Source of the DNA: a virus
Lineage: Duplodnaviria; Caudoviricetes
Reading direction: 5' to 3' (one strand)
IMG/VR virus record: IMGVR_UViG_3300015050_000913
Span: 5,385-69,384 of that record
DNA length: 64,000 nt
Positions 16,712-27,156 of the stretch are shown piece after piece. The notes under the pieces are model-generated. The model was not told the origin of the DNA. It was given only the letters and a program-made list of their open reading frames with translations, and did not search any database. The translations under genes and the position numbers were made by a program. Numbering within the stretch: position 1 is the first letter of the stretch; each line of letters begins with the position of its first letter.

Positions 16712-19084
16712 TTATGCTTCCGCTTTCTCTTGTTTTTGATTAGCAATAATTTGCTTCTCTTTCTGATGAACCCCTGTTATTTCATTAGAAACTATTTTAG
16801 CTTGCCCTGTTATTTCTGCTACACTTGTTTTAGCTTGGTCATTACTCAACGCAATACGTTCTTGGCTCTCTATTTTCATCTGTGTTATAGCCACCTCCTT
16901 TTGTGTTTCTATTTGTAGCTTCTTTAACTCATGGTCATATTCCATTTGTTTTTGTTGGGCTTGCAGTTGTGCTGCCACCTGCGCCGCTTGAGTGCTTCCG
17001 TCGTTATTAGCCTTAATTGTTTCTAACTGATTATTTTGTAACTCTTTCTTTTGTTTCTTAACACGATAAGCCAGCAAGGTCATTGCTTGTTTTGCGTTCA
17101 TGGTAGATATAACAGCAATGGCATCACTTGTGTCTAAGAATCCATTTGCTATATCTGCCTGCACCATTTGGAATATCCAGTTCTTTTCTTGTTCTGTTGT
17201 TCTTTTTTGTAATTCAATACCATAATCTCGTAGAGATAATTTTTCATCTACCTCTATAAACCTTAGTGTATTTACTCCTAAAGCACCACTATACGGAACT
17301 GACCCTGATATTTTCCCCTTCCGCACTCCTTGTTGGATACGACTAAAAACATCTTCCGCTAATCTTAAACTTAGGCTTTCTTCTGCGTATGCTAAAGGGA
17401 ATAAGGCTTCATTTGTTGATTGGTTTGCCATTTCGTACCCCGGCACAAGTGTCTTTGGATTAGGATTACCACTTGTAATATCATTGTACCCTGTCATTTT
17501 TTCAATAGCCATTACTGTATTTTGCAGGTCTTGGAAGAAGCCTACTAATTCAGACATAATTGAATTTTGCATGGCAATAATTGGCTGTGTATTTCCTTGT
17601 ATTGGTTCGCCTACATCATTGAGTGAACGTCCAAATGCTATACCACTATCTAAAAACATTTGTAGTATTTCCTGTGGTGTCATGTTTTCTCCACCTTTGT
17701 TCTTGGCTACGTTTTCCAATTTATCCATATCAATCCACCATCCACTTGGTACAGCCCTGTTCTTAAAGTTCTGTATTTTAAGCATGGTTAATTGGTAGTC
17801 ATCAATGTAAGGTATAAGCCTTTCCATAAAACCCTGCGCCCTCATTTCATAGAAGTTATAAGCCACTAATTGTATTGGTAATCTTGTTAATGCTTTTTTG
17901 CTGTAATCTTGTTTTCTTTTTTGGTCATAGCATTTACCCCAATCATAACATTTATCAGTACCAATAATCCACTTGCATTTATAAACGTATTGTATTCTTT
18001 TACGGGTGTATCTTTGATTGGTTAACTCACCCCTTCCACTTACTTCCATTCTGAATTTAACATTACCATTTGTATCACTAACATTTGTATAGGTTTCTTC
18101 ATCGTATGAATAGAAGTACATATCAAGTACTTTGCATTTAAACTTATCGTATGGTTTAATTAATGCTGTGGTAGAACCCATGCCAAATTCTCTTGGATTA
18201 CCAAACTTACCTGCAATGCTACCTGCAAATTCCTGTAATTCTTTTTCATCAAACATTGGTGAACCATCTTCATTAGTAACCAATGCAAGGTCAACCAATG
18301 ATACATCTCTTACCACCCCTGCGTGTTGCATATCACTAAATGTACCGTCTTTGGCATAACTACATATTACACTTTCGGGGTTAACTCTTTCAAACCTTGC
18401 TTTGTTGTCATCGCCTAAACATTCAAGATACCCTGCTACTCCATAATCAAAAAGGTCTTCATACCATGCTTTTCTTACTGCCTTATAATTATTTTCATAA
18501 AATCCTAATTCAATAGCCATTTCAGCATCCATAGAACGGTTAAACTGCTCTCCATTCATTACTCTCATTTCCAATTCTTCTAAATCCATTGGCTCATTAC
18601 TTTCAAGAGATACTAATGGGTGGTTTGCAAGTTCTGAATTTTGTTGTGCTAAAATATCACGCATGATAATCTTAGTCCGTATCTTATTGTAAAATTCTTC
18701 TGCCTCTGATTTACTTTGGCTATCCACAGGTGTTGCCACAATGGAATAATCTTCTTTCATTAAACGGCTTATCGCTTTATCCCTGTAACCACTAACCACT
18801 GCTCTTATCGTCCAATCCACTACCAACTGTGTATCAAGAGTAGCCATATCTACTCCTAACATTTTTTTATATTGGTTTACAGGTTGCTTACCAAGTGCGT
18901 ACATACGGAACTTCTCATAATCTCCACCGTTACCATAAAATACTCCTTTCGGATATGCTGTGGTAAAGTCATAATACGCTGCTTTAGCATACGCCATACA
19001 CCATTCAGAATTTTTTTTATCTGCTGGTACATTTTGGTTAGGATAACTATATGAGCTACCATTATTTAGTGATTGATACTTCAT
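16712..19084 (-). CDS. Portal protein
   Basis: 790 aa with helical/coiled-coil C-terminus; lies between terminase and the scaffold/capsid genes. Confidence 0.75.
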   Translation of the reverse strand: MKYQSLNNGSSYSYPNQNVPADKKNSEWCMAYAKAAYYDFTTAYPKGVFYGNGGDYEKFRMYALGKQPVNQYKKMLGVDMATLDTQLVVDWTIRAVVSGYRDKAISRLMKEDYSIVATPVDSQSKSEAEEFYNKIRTKIIMRDILAQQNSELANHPLVSLESNEPMDLEELEMRVMNGEQFNRSMDAEMAIELGFYENNYKAVRKAWYEDLFDYGVAGYLECLGDDNKARFERVNPESVICSYAKDGTFSDMQHAGVVRDVSLVDLALVTNEDGSPMFDEKELQEFAGSIAGKFGNPREFGMGSTTALIKPYDKFKCKVLDMYFYSYDEETYTNVSDTNGNVKFRMEVSGRGELTNQRYTRKRIQYVYKCKWIIGTDKCYDWGKCYDQKRKQDYSKKALTRLPIQLVAYNFYEMRAQGFMERLIPYIDDYQLTMLKIQNFKNRAVPSGWWIDMDKLENVAKNKGGENMTPQEILQMFLDSGIAFGRSLNDVGEPIQGNTQPIIAMQNSIMSELVGFFQDLQNTVMAIEKMTGYNDITSGNPNPKTLVPGYEMANQSTNEALFPLAYAEESLSLRLAEDVFSRIQQGVRKGKISGSVPYSGALGVNTLRFIEVDEKLSLRDYGIELQKRTTEQEKNWIFQMVQADIANGFLDTSDAIAVISTMNAKQAMTLLAYRVKKQKKELQNNQLETIKANNDGSTQAAQVAAQLQAQQKQMEYDHELKKLQIETQKEVAITQMKIESQERIALSNDQAKTSVAEITGQAKIVSNEITGVHQKEKQIIANQKQEKAEA

Positions 19085-19085
19085 T

Positions 19086-19625
19086 TTATGCTATTTTTAA
19101 ATGTTTCCAAAATTTTCTATTTACTACTCCGTGTGCGTGACCTGAAGATATATTAAACTTATCAGCTATCTCTTTAAATGAAAATCCACCAGTATTATAT
19201 AGTGATATCATATTCCTAACATCTGATTCTGTTAGTTTTGCAGTCCCACTATTTTCCCCACTCTGATTAAATCCCAAATTCTCTCTTGAATGTTTCATAT
19301 TACCTACGCCATCAGTCCAGTTTAGATTGCTTCTTTTATTATTAGACTTATCCCCATCTATATGATTAACCTCTGGATATTTTTTAGGATTACTTATAAA
19401 ATACTGTGCCACTATCCTATGAACATACATTCTCTTACACCCTCCATTATTCCTAAGTGCTACCATACAATAATTTTTCCCTGCACTGTATGGTTTTAAT
19501 ATAATATCAACACCAGATTTAGATGACATGATTCTACCCATATTACTTACTTTATACCCTTTGTCAACTCCTTTTATATCTTTCCATATCTCATAACTCC
19601 CGTTGTTTAATGCCTGATATTTCAT
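19086..19625 (-). CDS. NUMOD4-HNH homing endonuclease
   Basis: EIWKDIKG, YKVSNMGRI, VHRIVA and VNHIDGDKSNNKRSNL motifs. Confidence 0.85.
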   Translation of the reverse strand: MKYQALNNGSYEIWKDIKGVDKGYKVSNMGRIMSSKSGVDIILKPYSAGKNYCMVALRNNGGCKRMYVHRIVAQYFISNPKKYPEVNHIDGDKSNNKRSNLNWTDGVGNMKHSRENLGFNQSGENSGTAKLTESDVRNMISLYNTGGFSFKEIADKFNISSGHAHGVVNRKFWKHLKIA

Positions 19626-19645
19626 GGTTATCTATTTTTTAATTT

Positions 19646-21727
19646 TTATACAGCCTTACGGTAAGGCATGAAATCTTGTAATGTTTTTTTATTGTCTGAT
19701 TGTAATGCGTATCTTTTGTTCTTCGCTGCTATAAACGCAAACCCACTACTCATTGCATCATCGTACTTTTGAGTATTGGCTACTTCAAATCCAAGCCATC
19801 CTGAATCTAACCCTAATAACTCTTTAAAATAAACCTTATGTACACTTTTTTCAATATAGGATTCTGTATAATCACATATAGATTGTACTACATTACCCTT
19901 ACCATCTGTGTATATACCAAATTCAACTTCGTTTGGTAGCCACATTAAAAACCCTGCACACTTCTTTGATTGAAAATATTTCTTTGGACTTTCCCCTATA
20001 TTTCTTTCTATTAAAACCTGACAACTACAATACCATGCCATCTTTAAAACATTTTCGTACTGTAAATCTGTTGTAGATGGTCTTCCTGAATACCTCATAA
20101 CAAACATATCATTATAAGGGTCTTCTGCGTTCATTAAGTCCTCCATTTGATAAGCATACGTTGCACATGATGACTTTCGTATGTCCTTTGTTTTATCATA
20201 TTTGAAAGGGTCACATCCTATCCTTATGGCATAATTTGAATTAGGGAAAAAGCTGCCGTTTTTTTGATATACATTATTTTGTTCTTTTGGTTTCCACCCT
20301 TTTACTTTCTCGTAAATTCCATTGTTATTAGGTGTCCAAATAAGTTTGCCTACTTTTACATCTATACTACCGTCAGGATTTACAACCTGCTTGTAATATT
20401 CATCTTGATTTTCCCAAACTAAGTTGCCACGTTCCAATACATCATTATAACTAAGCCAATCTAATTGGTCATTTAATTTTATTTGGTCATACAAGCACCC
20501 CACATTAGCCAACTGAAACATTTCCTTTTCATCAAAAGGGTTCATCCTTATTTCTTCTTCAAGCTGCGCCCCTTCTAATTGAACTCTGCGTTGTAATAAA
20601 TATTCTCTTGCACCTAATCTTATATCATCTTCTGATAAGTCACCTGCGCCTACAAAGTTTTCTACTAAATAAGCATATTGTTCTTCTGTTGGTGGGTCAA
20701 TAACGCTTTCTCCATACCTTCCAATAAAACCATAATACCCATCGTATGCAGGGGTAAAATATTTTACAAGCCTGTTTGGTGTCCTATCGGTGTATTTTAA
20801 TTGGTTTGCATTATCCCAAACTATTTTAAATTCTTCACCACCATTAGTCATGGCATTAGTTGTGGATGGACATTCTAAAAAACCCACTCTCTTAGCACCC
20901 TTTACCAATGTTTTACTTACAATGGAAATAAATGTAGAAAATGGTACTTCTTTTGCCCACTTAGAACCCTCATCAACCAAGCAGCGTGAAAGCCTACCGG
21001 AATCATACGCATTTAATGAAGGCGCACGATAATCAACTTTACTACGGTGTCCTGTATCCGTATCTAATGCACCACCTTTACCACCTTTTATATCAACTGT
21101 CTTATGTGCAAACACTAACTCGCTTACACTATCCTTGTTGTTTAATTGTTTTGGTTTTAAGAACACAGGTAATTGCCTATACCCAAAAGAAATCATGTTT
21201 GTAAATGCAGATTTAGCATCTACCTGACTTTTGCTCGTAAGTCCACAAAAACTATTCTTAAAAAATATACACTCGTAAACAATATTAGATGTAGCTACTG
21301 ATGTAGCCCCCTGCCTTCTTTTCTTACCAATTAAAGCACCCAAGCACCATGAAGTATTTTCCCAATGATTAAGGAATAAAAAATACCTTCTGTCTAAGTC
21401 ACGATATTCAGGGAAAATATCATCTTCTAATTTCCAATGTTGTAGGTAGAAGTAATTTTTGCCTGTTATAAATGTTGGTTTACCACAATTCATAAACCAA
21501 AAACCTTCCTTGCACCTTCTTACTTCTTCTAAAGCGTATTCTCTTTGTTGGAAATTAAGTAGTGCATTACCATCCTTATCGTACTCTACTTCATTAAAAT
21601 AATTAGGCAATGGCAACCTTCTCCAATATTGCATCTTTGGATTATCTGCATACCCCCAATCTTCTACCTTTTCAGGTACATCAGGTAGTGATACCTTTGC
21701 ATTAAATATTTCAATTACTTTACTCAT
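19646..21727 (-). CDS. terL: Terminase large subunit
   Basis: KKRRQGATS (Walker A-like), LVDEGSKW (Walker B), IGCDPF and YDDAM nuclease motifs; adjacent to portal. Confidence 0.85.
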   Translation of the reverse strand: MSKVIEIFNAKVSLPDVPEKVEDWGYADNPKMQYWRRLPLPNYFNEVEYDKDGNALLNFQQREYALEEVRRCKEGFWFMNCGKPTFITGKNYFYLQHWKLEDDIFPEYRDLDRRYFLFLNHWENTSWCLGALIGKKRRQGATSVATSNIVYECIFFKNSFCGLTSKSQVDAKSAFTNMISFGYRQLPVFLKPKQLNNKDSVSELVFAHKTVDIKGGKGGALDTDTGHRSKVDYRAPSLNAYDSGRLSRCLVDEGSKWAKEVPFSTFISIVSKTLVKGAKRVGFLECPSTTNAMTNGGEEFKIVWDNANQLKYTDRTPNRLVKYFTPAYDGYYGFIGRYGESVIDPPTEEQYAYLVENFVGAGDLSEDDIRLGAREYLLQRRVQLEGAQLEEEIRMNPFDEKEMFQLANVGCLYDQIKLNDQLDWLSYNDVLERGNLVWENQDEYYKQVVNPDGSIDVKVGKLIWTPNNNGIYEKVKGWKPKEQNNVYQKNGSFFPNSNYAIRIGCDPFKYDKTKDIRKSSCATYAYQMEDLMNAEDPYNDMFVMRYSGRPSTTDLQYENVLKMAWYCSCQVLIERNIGESPKKYFQSKKCAGFLMWLPNEVEFGIYTDGKGNVVQSICDYTESYIEKSVHKVYFKELLGLDSGWLGFEVANTQKYDDAMSSGFAFIAAKNKRYALQSDNKKTLQDFMPYRKAV

Positions 21728-22014
21728 TTTCTGTCAGAAGCTATTGTTTCAACAAATGGTTTATTTTCATGCTCGGACGCATCCATTTTTAATATCCCTG
21801 CTGTTTGCCCCAATGCTTTTGTTGCCTCTGCTACCTTTGCAGCACTATCCCATAATACTTTAAGCCTTTCAAATGACTTATCTTTTGAATCTGTAATATC
21901 CAAACTCTTTAAATTAGTGGCATTTAATAGCTGTGCCATTTCTACCATTTTTTTATTTAAAGCGTGATATAACTGTTCTGAACCGCTTTGTTCTAATTTT
22001 TCTTCCATAATCAA
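21724..22014 (-). CDS. Small helical protein, possible terminase small subunit
   Basis: Position and 4-nt overlap upstream of terL only. Confidence 0.4.
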   Translation of the reverse strand: MIMEEKLEQSGSEQLYHALNKKMVEMAQLLNATNLKSLDITDSKDKSFERLKVLWDSAAKVAEATKALGQTAGILKMDASEHENKPFVETIASDRK

Positions 22015-22247
22015 TAAATATGTTCACTTTTTAATGATTCAACAGGTTCACTTATTTGCCCCATTTCGTAAGCAAGTTTAGCTGCTTCTTTACGGTCTAA
22101 AAACATTCCATTGCTTGTTACAAATCCTTCGATTCCGCCTTTACGTATGTTTAAATGCTTTGGTTGGGACATAACTATATCCTTGTGTCTGTGTCCTTTG
22201 TAAACTATACCATTGTTCCATATTGCTGCTTGTACTATTGGTTTCAT
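22011..22247 (-). CDS. Hypothetical phage protein
   Basis: 78-aa ORF with GHRH and GFVTSNGMFLDRKEA motifs. Confidence 0.65.
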   Translation of the reverse strand: MKPIVQAAIWNNGIVYKGHRHKDIVMSQPKHLNIRKGGIEGFVTSNGMFLDRKEAAKLAYEMGQISEPVESLKSEHIY

Positions 22248-22250
22248 TGG

Positions 22251-25200
22251 TTAATAGCTTGATGTTGTTTTTCTTTTTTTAATAGCTTCTCTTAAAGTTT
22301 GGTTCTTCTTTGATTCTTTTTTGTCTTGTTGTTTTTCTGTATAAGTTTCGGGTGCTGCAACGTATTTAGGGAACTCTTTTAAGAATAACTCTTTACCTCT
22401 TTTAAACCCTTCATCATAAATAATGTCAAGATTTTTTAATTTTTCTTCTTCTTTTAGTTGGCTGTAAACTTTATAATCACCTTCAAATTTAGCCATGTCA
22501 TTAACGTATGGTGCAAGTAAGGCTTTGCGTTGCTGCCCTACAAGTTCTTCTAATCTGTATGCTTCTTTAACAGGTAGTTTTATTGTTTCTCTACCATTAT
22601 TTATTTCGGGTTTAACTGCACTTGGGAAAAACTTTGTGTTGTCTGTTTTTTTATAGTCTTCATAAATTGGTTGTGCAAAATTATCGTCATTGGCTTTGCT
22701 AAATCCAAATAACTTTTGCACCATATTCCCTTCTTTTTCTATTTTATCTCCCCAAATGCTTATTTTACTTGGAGGGTATTGACCACTTGCTTTCCTTAAC
22801 CATGATGAACGGGTAAGCATTGCATTTTTAAGTTCTTCGCCAAAACTATCTGCTTTTGTCTTTGTGTAGTATGGTAATTGTGCTTTTGATACTTGGGCAA
22901 ATGCGGCAGGGTGAATAATGTTTGTAAACATATTCATTGTGTTTACGCCCCACCTTTGCATATCTACACCACCCCTATTCATAGCTGTTATTAATGATGA
23001 AGTATTACCTAATATACCTTGTTCTAAGGCAGGTAAAAATGATTCATCCATATTGGCTAACATTTCACTCCAATAACTATCTCTGTTTGCTTTTTCTTCT
23101 GCTGTCATTTCTTCTTCACGCTTGGCTATGGTATTACCAACACTTCCGAAATGTCCAAACCACCTATTTTGAACTACTAAGCCACCCTTTATCTTACTTG
23201 GGTCTTCACCGTTAACGTATGCCCATAACTTATCTACATTTACTGTACCTTGATTTTCATAGAATGATTCGCCTTCCCTTTCTTTCTTTGTATCATCCTG
23301 TGTGTTAGATGAACGGAATATACCTGCACCCACCAAAGATGTTATTACAGCCCTTGTAGCAAATCCTACAACGGCATGAGCCATCCAATACTTTGCTTCG
23401 TTTAAGTCTTTTGCTGCTGTGCTGTTAGATTTATCAAAACTAAACTTAGTATCGTACTTACTTTTTGCAAAAGCCTTTGCCCCGTATATAGCTGATTGTA
23501 AAATTGCAACTTCGGGGTTAACAATATTAAAGTAACTCCAATAGGCATTGGCAGGTATTTTTATGTATGGTGATATTACCGTTGCTTTCGCTAAACCACC
23601 AATACCACTTTCTTTACCACCAAATATTCTATTTAAAATATCGTTTGCGAAATTATCTTGTTGGAATGTTGACCTTTCCCCCTCCTTTACAATAGTATCT
23701 TTTACATAATCTGCTTTCTTAGCTGCTTCTGCATCTGATAACCCCTTTTCTTTATAAGCCCTATATGCTTCTTCTCTTGGGAACTCAATAAATAATTCGT
23801 ACCTAATATCTTTTAATCCTAACCCCTTTGCAAATGCTGCTGCCTGTGCGCCTTCTGCTGCAAATCGCATTGGCTTATCCCCTAAATTCAATGTACGGGC
23901 AATAATCTCTGCTGTCCATCCTTGCGGTAATGCCTGTAATAATTTATCTATGACTTGCTTTTTGCTTAAATTTCTTTCGCCTCTACTGTATTCCCATAAT
24001 TCCTTCATTGATGTAATTGGACGTATCTGCTGACCATGTAGTTCTTTCTGCGTGTAATCCATCCTATTAAGACCTGTTAAGAACTGACCTAAAGCCTCTC
24101 GGCTACCTAAACCTAATTTTCTAAAAAATTCTTTTTGCACTTGTAGTGAAAAAACATCTGTTTCAGGCTGTATATCTTTGCCAAATAGTTTACCGACACC
24201 TTGTATAACCCTGTCACCAATGGTTTTAATTACCCCAACGGGTACTCTAATGCCTAACTGATTTATAACATTATAAGTAGGGTTATTTACCAATGCAGCT
24301 ATACCTAATGTATTTAACTGCAACATAGACGTAAGTCGCTTCGTTATATTAGGACGGTTGTACAATAATGTATTTAACTCCCTTGTGGCTGCACCTGCTT
24401 TAGTTTGTGCAATCCTGTAATCTCTTAAAGATTCGTATGTTTCTTCTTCCCTTGCTTTTTTAGCTGCGTCATCTACTTTATTTGTTTCAGCAACTAACTG
24501 CTTTAATTTTACGGCTTCTGCATCTGTCATTTCTCCACGCCCTGTAACGTCAGCAATTATCTTTCTAAAATCGGCATAATCTAAGCCACCACTTTCAACT
24601 ATCTTTTGGAATGACTTTCTAACTACATCTTCTTTTTGCTTATCGGATAACCCTTTTAATTTATTCCTAAACCTGTCAAGTATTTTGGCTTTTACTTCTT
24701 CATCTGTAAGTTTTTTCTTTTCAGGCTTATCTTGTAGTTTTTCTTCCCACTCTTTTCTGAATTTTTCTTTATCCCATGATGCACCACCTAATTCATTTGA
24801 AATGTAATCAATAGCATCTTCAACAAGTTTAGCTACTTTTTCCCCTGCATGATAAGCCTTTTTCATGCCTTCTAATGCAGTAGTAATTACTCTTGGTGGT
24901 ATTATAGTAGAATACGTTGCACCACCTTTAAATTGGTCTTTTGCCTTATCAAAAAATTCATCCACTTTTTTAATCCTTGCTGCCCTTGCTTCTGACCTTT
25001 CCTGTTTCATCCCCTCTTTTACCTGTTCTTTAATGATAGCATCAAATTCAGGTTCTTTTACCATTTCATCAAAAAACTCTTTCCATGATTTATCTTTTGG
25101 CTTTGCAAATTCCTCGAATTGCTCCTTTCTTTTTGCGTTCTCCATCATTTGAATACCTAATGGAGATTTTTTGTAAAAATAGTTTATGGCAGAACTAAAT

Positions 25201-26015
25201 CTACCACCTTTTCTACCTGCTTCGTCGTACTTAATGCCTACTTCTGCAAACTGTTTTGCAATGGATATTCTTTCTTCGGGTGTCTTAGCTTCTGCTTCAA
25301 ACTTGCCTAAACGGTTAAGGCTTTCGGCATATATTAAAGAATTTACGTCACCGTCAAACTTTTGTGCTTCTGCCAATAAAACTGCATCTTCAATACCATA
25401 TTCATCTATAATGGATTTAGCTACATCTTCGGCTTCTTTTTGGCTCTTGGTTTCATATTTTAAGCCTTTCTCTTTAAACCCTTCTTTGGATGCTTCGGGA
25501 ACTTTATCTGCCGTTACCAAATGGTTTAATATACCCTTGTCATTCAGCCTGTCTTTACCCTTACCTTCCCCTACTTTTCCTGTTGGTTCGCTTGGAGGTG
25601 GTTTTTTGCCACCTTCTTTTCCTTCTCCTGCTGTAAGTGTAGCTTCACTAATTTCAGGTTTAGGAGCGCTATCTCCCTCTTTCTTGTCAGGAATTTCGGT
25701 GGCTTTTGGTTCTTCATTTTTTATTTCGGTTTTTGGTTCATCTTGTTTTTTTGCTTCTTCAATCTTAGCGTTATATGTGTCTGTTATCTCTTTTAATTTG
25801 GCTGAATTATCGGGGCTTACATAGGTTTTTTGGTCTTTGGTTAGTTTAACTCCTATGGATTCTTTGAATTTATTTAGTTCATTAAAAAGTGTTTGGTGTT
25901 CTTCCGTTGCAGCTTTTATGGCAGCTTCTCTTTCTGCCATACCTTCCCCTATAAGGTCATTGTACCTTTTCTTTACGCTGTCTGATGCGTGTGCTTCTAT
26001 GCAGGGATTACTCAT
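22251..26015 (-). CDS. Large (1254 aa) putative internal virion/ejection protein
   Basis: Helical, charged, very large; located in the virion block. Confidence 0.6.
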   Translation of the reverse strand: MSNPCIEAHASDSVKKRYNDLIGEGMAEREAAIKAATEEHQTLFNELNKFKESIGVKLTKDQKTYVSPDNSAKLKEITDTYNAKIEEAKKQDEPKTEIKNEEPKATEIPDKKEGDSAPKPEISEATLTAGEGKEGGKKPPPSEPTGKVGEGKGKDRLNDKGILNHLVTADKVPEASKEGFKEKGLKYETKSQKEAEDVAKSIIDEYGIEDAVLLAEAQKFDGDVNSLIYAESLNRLGKFEAEAKTPEERISIAKQFAEVGIKYDEAGRKGGRFSSAINYFYKKSPLGIQMMENAKRKEQFEEFAKPKDKSWKEFFDEMVKEPEFDAIIKEQVKEGMKQERSEARAARIKKVDEFFDKAKDQFKGGATYSTIIPPRVITTALEGMKKAYHAGEKVAKLVEDAIDYISNELGGASWDKEKFRKEWEEKLQDKPEKKKLTDEEVKAKILDRFRNKLKGLSDKQKEDVVRKSFQKIVESGGLDYADFRKIIADVTGRGEMTDAEAVKLKQLVAETNKVDDAAKKAREEETYESLRDYRIAQTKAGAATRELNTLLYNRPNITKRLTSMLQLNTLGIAALVNNPTYNVINQLGIRVPVGVIKTIGDRVIQGVGKLFGKDIQPETDVFSLQVQKEFFRKLGLGSREALGQFLTGLNRMDYTQKELHGQQIRPITSMKELWEYSRGERNLSKKQVIDKLLQALPQGWTAEIIARTLNLGDKPMRFAAEGAQAAAFAKGLGLKDIRYELFIEFPREEAYRAYKEKGLSDAEAAKKADYVKDTIVKEGERSTFQQDNFANDILNRIFGGKESGIGGLAKATVISPYIKIPANAYWSYFNIVNPEVAILQSAIYGAKAFAKSKYDTKFSFDKSNSTAAKDLNEAKYWMAHAVVGFATRAVITSLVGAGIFRSSNTQDDTKKEREGESFYENQGTVNVDKLWAYVNGEDPSKIKGGLVVQNRWFGHFGSVGNTIAKREEEMTAEEKANRDSYWSEMLANMDESFLPALEQGILGNTSSLITAMNRGGVDMQRWGVNTMNMFTNIIHPAAFAQVSKAQLPYYTKTKADSFGEELKNAMLTRSSWLRKASGQYPPSKISIWGDKIEKEGNMVQKLFGFSKANDDNFAQPIYEDYKKTDNTKFFPSAVKPEINNGRETIKLPVKEAYRLEELVGQQRKALLAPYVNDMAKFEGDYKVYSQLKEEEKLKNLDIIYDEGFKRGKELFLKEFPKYVAAPETYTEKQQDKKESKKNQTLREAIKKRKTTSSY

Positions 26016-26016
26016 T

Positions 26017-26283
26017 CTAAATAATTGTTGTTTTTAAACATAATTGCACTATGGCAATAATTTGACTATCTTCTATTGCTATTTTATTCTTGTCTTCTTT
26101 ATCTAATTGTTCATGTCTGCCTCCGTATGTTTGGCTATATCCTCCTCCCCCACCACCTCCGCTTGGTGGGTTTGGTGGTACATCTGTAAAGTTTAAATAA
26201 CCTGCAACGGCAATTACAAGTGCTACTTTTGTAGTCTTTTTTAAATACCCATCCGTAGCTATCTTTAAACTATTGAGTGCCAT
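26017..26283 (-). CDS. Hypothetical virion-associated protein
   Basis: 88-aa ORF with Pro/Gly linker. Confidence 0.55.
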   Translation of the reverse strand: MALNSLKIATDGYLKKTTKVALVIAVAGYLNFTDVPPNPPSGGGGGGGYSQTYGGRHEQLDKEDKNKIAIEDSQIIAIVQLCLKTTII

Positions 26284-26285
26284 AT

Positions 26286-27155
26286 TTACGTTCTTTGTAA
26301 AGTACTAATTGTTTCTCCATCACCACCTATTGTAATGTCTATTCCTGATGCTGTTCTTGATGTTGGTGTTATGGTAACAGGTGCATCCACATCAAGCCCT
26401 TGCAAACGATGAAGTTCATCAACAAGTGTTTGTATCTGTGATAATATACCACCTGCTTCTGTTGATAAATAACTTCCGGGCAATGTTGCACCCCAAGGGT
26501 CACCTGCTGCACTTGCTGCATTTAGTTTTGCACCCATTGTACCTGCTGTATTGAAACTTGCTGCTATTGAGTTCCATACTGCTGCTGCTAAGTTTTCAGG
26601 ACTTAATGTAGATGATGAACTAATGTCTGCACTCAAAGATGCTGTACCAAAAAAAGTTCCCTCTGTCGTACCACTACCTGTTAATTCAGAAACAACAAAA
26701 GCTATTAAACCTAATGATGCCGATATATCTCCTTCCCCTGCTAATGCAGAAGCCATTTCTAATTTACCTACTAATGATGCAGATATAGTTCCTGATGCAA
26801 GAATATCACAAGCAAGTTGTATTATAAGAGAAAGGCTACCTGATATAGTCCCGCTTCCTGTTAATGATGATTGTGCAGCTAACCCCATAGCCATTGCAAA
26901 TGTATTTGCAGATGTACCAGATATGGTTGTGGTGGCACTTAATAAAGCACCTTTATCTCCCATTATTAAACTGTAAGGGATATTTGTACCTGTTGGGAAA
27001 CCATCTCTTTTTATTTGCTCTATATTATCATCATTTTGTGATTTGCCATAGTACCCTCTCATAACATGAGGTCTTATAAATTTGCATGGGTTTGTTATGC
27101 CACTATGATTATGACCACAAATCTGATTGATATATGAGTAGTTCGCTATTAACAT
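26286..27155 (-). CDS. Ser/Gly/Ala-rich structural protein
   Basis: Repetitive beta-type segments. Start placed at MLIANY, just after the upstream stop. Confidence 0.6.
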   Translation of the reverse strand: MLIANYSYINQICGHNHSGITNPCKFIRPHVMRGYYGKSQNDDNIEQIKRDGFPTGTNIPYSLIMGDKGALLSATTTISGTSANTFAMAMGLAAQSSLTGSGTISGSLSLIIQLACDILASGTISASLVGKLEMASALAGEGDISASLGLIAFVVSELTGSGTTEGTFFGTASLSADISSSSTLSPENLAAAVWNSIAASFNTAGTMGAKLNAASAAGDPWGATLPGSYLSTEAGGILSQIQTLVDELHRLQGLDVDAPVTITPTSRTASGIDITIGGDGETISTLQRT

Positions 27156-27156
27156 A

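Noticed and set aside
19086-19625. Group I intron interrupting portal
   Set aside because: There is no room for intron core structure (19-nt and 1-nt flanks), and portal has its own complete start.
22251-26015. Virion RNA polymerase, as in crAss-like phages
   Set aside because: No DxDxD catalytic motif was seen, so it is kept as a generic ejection-type protein.
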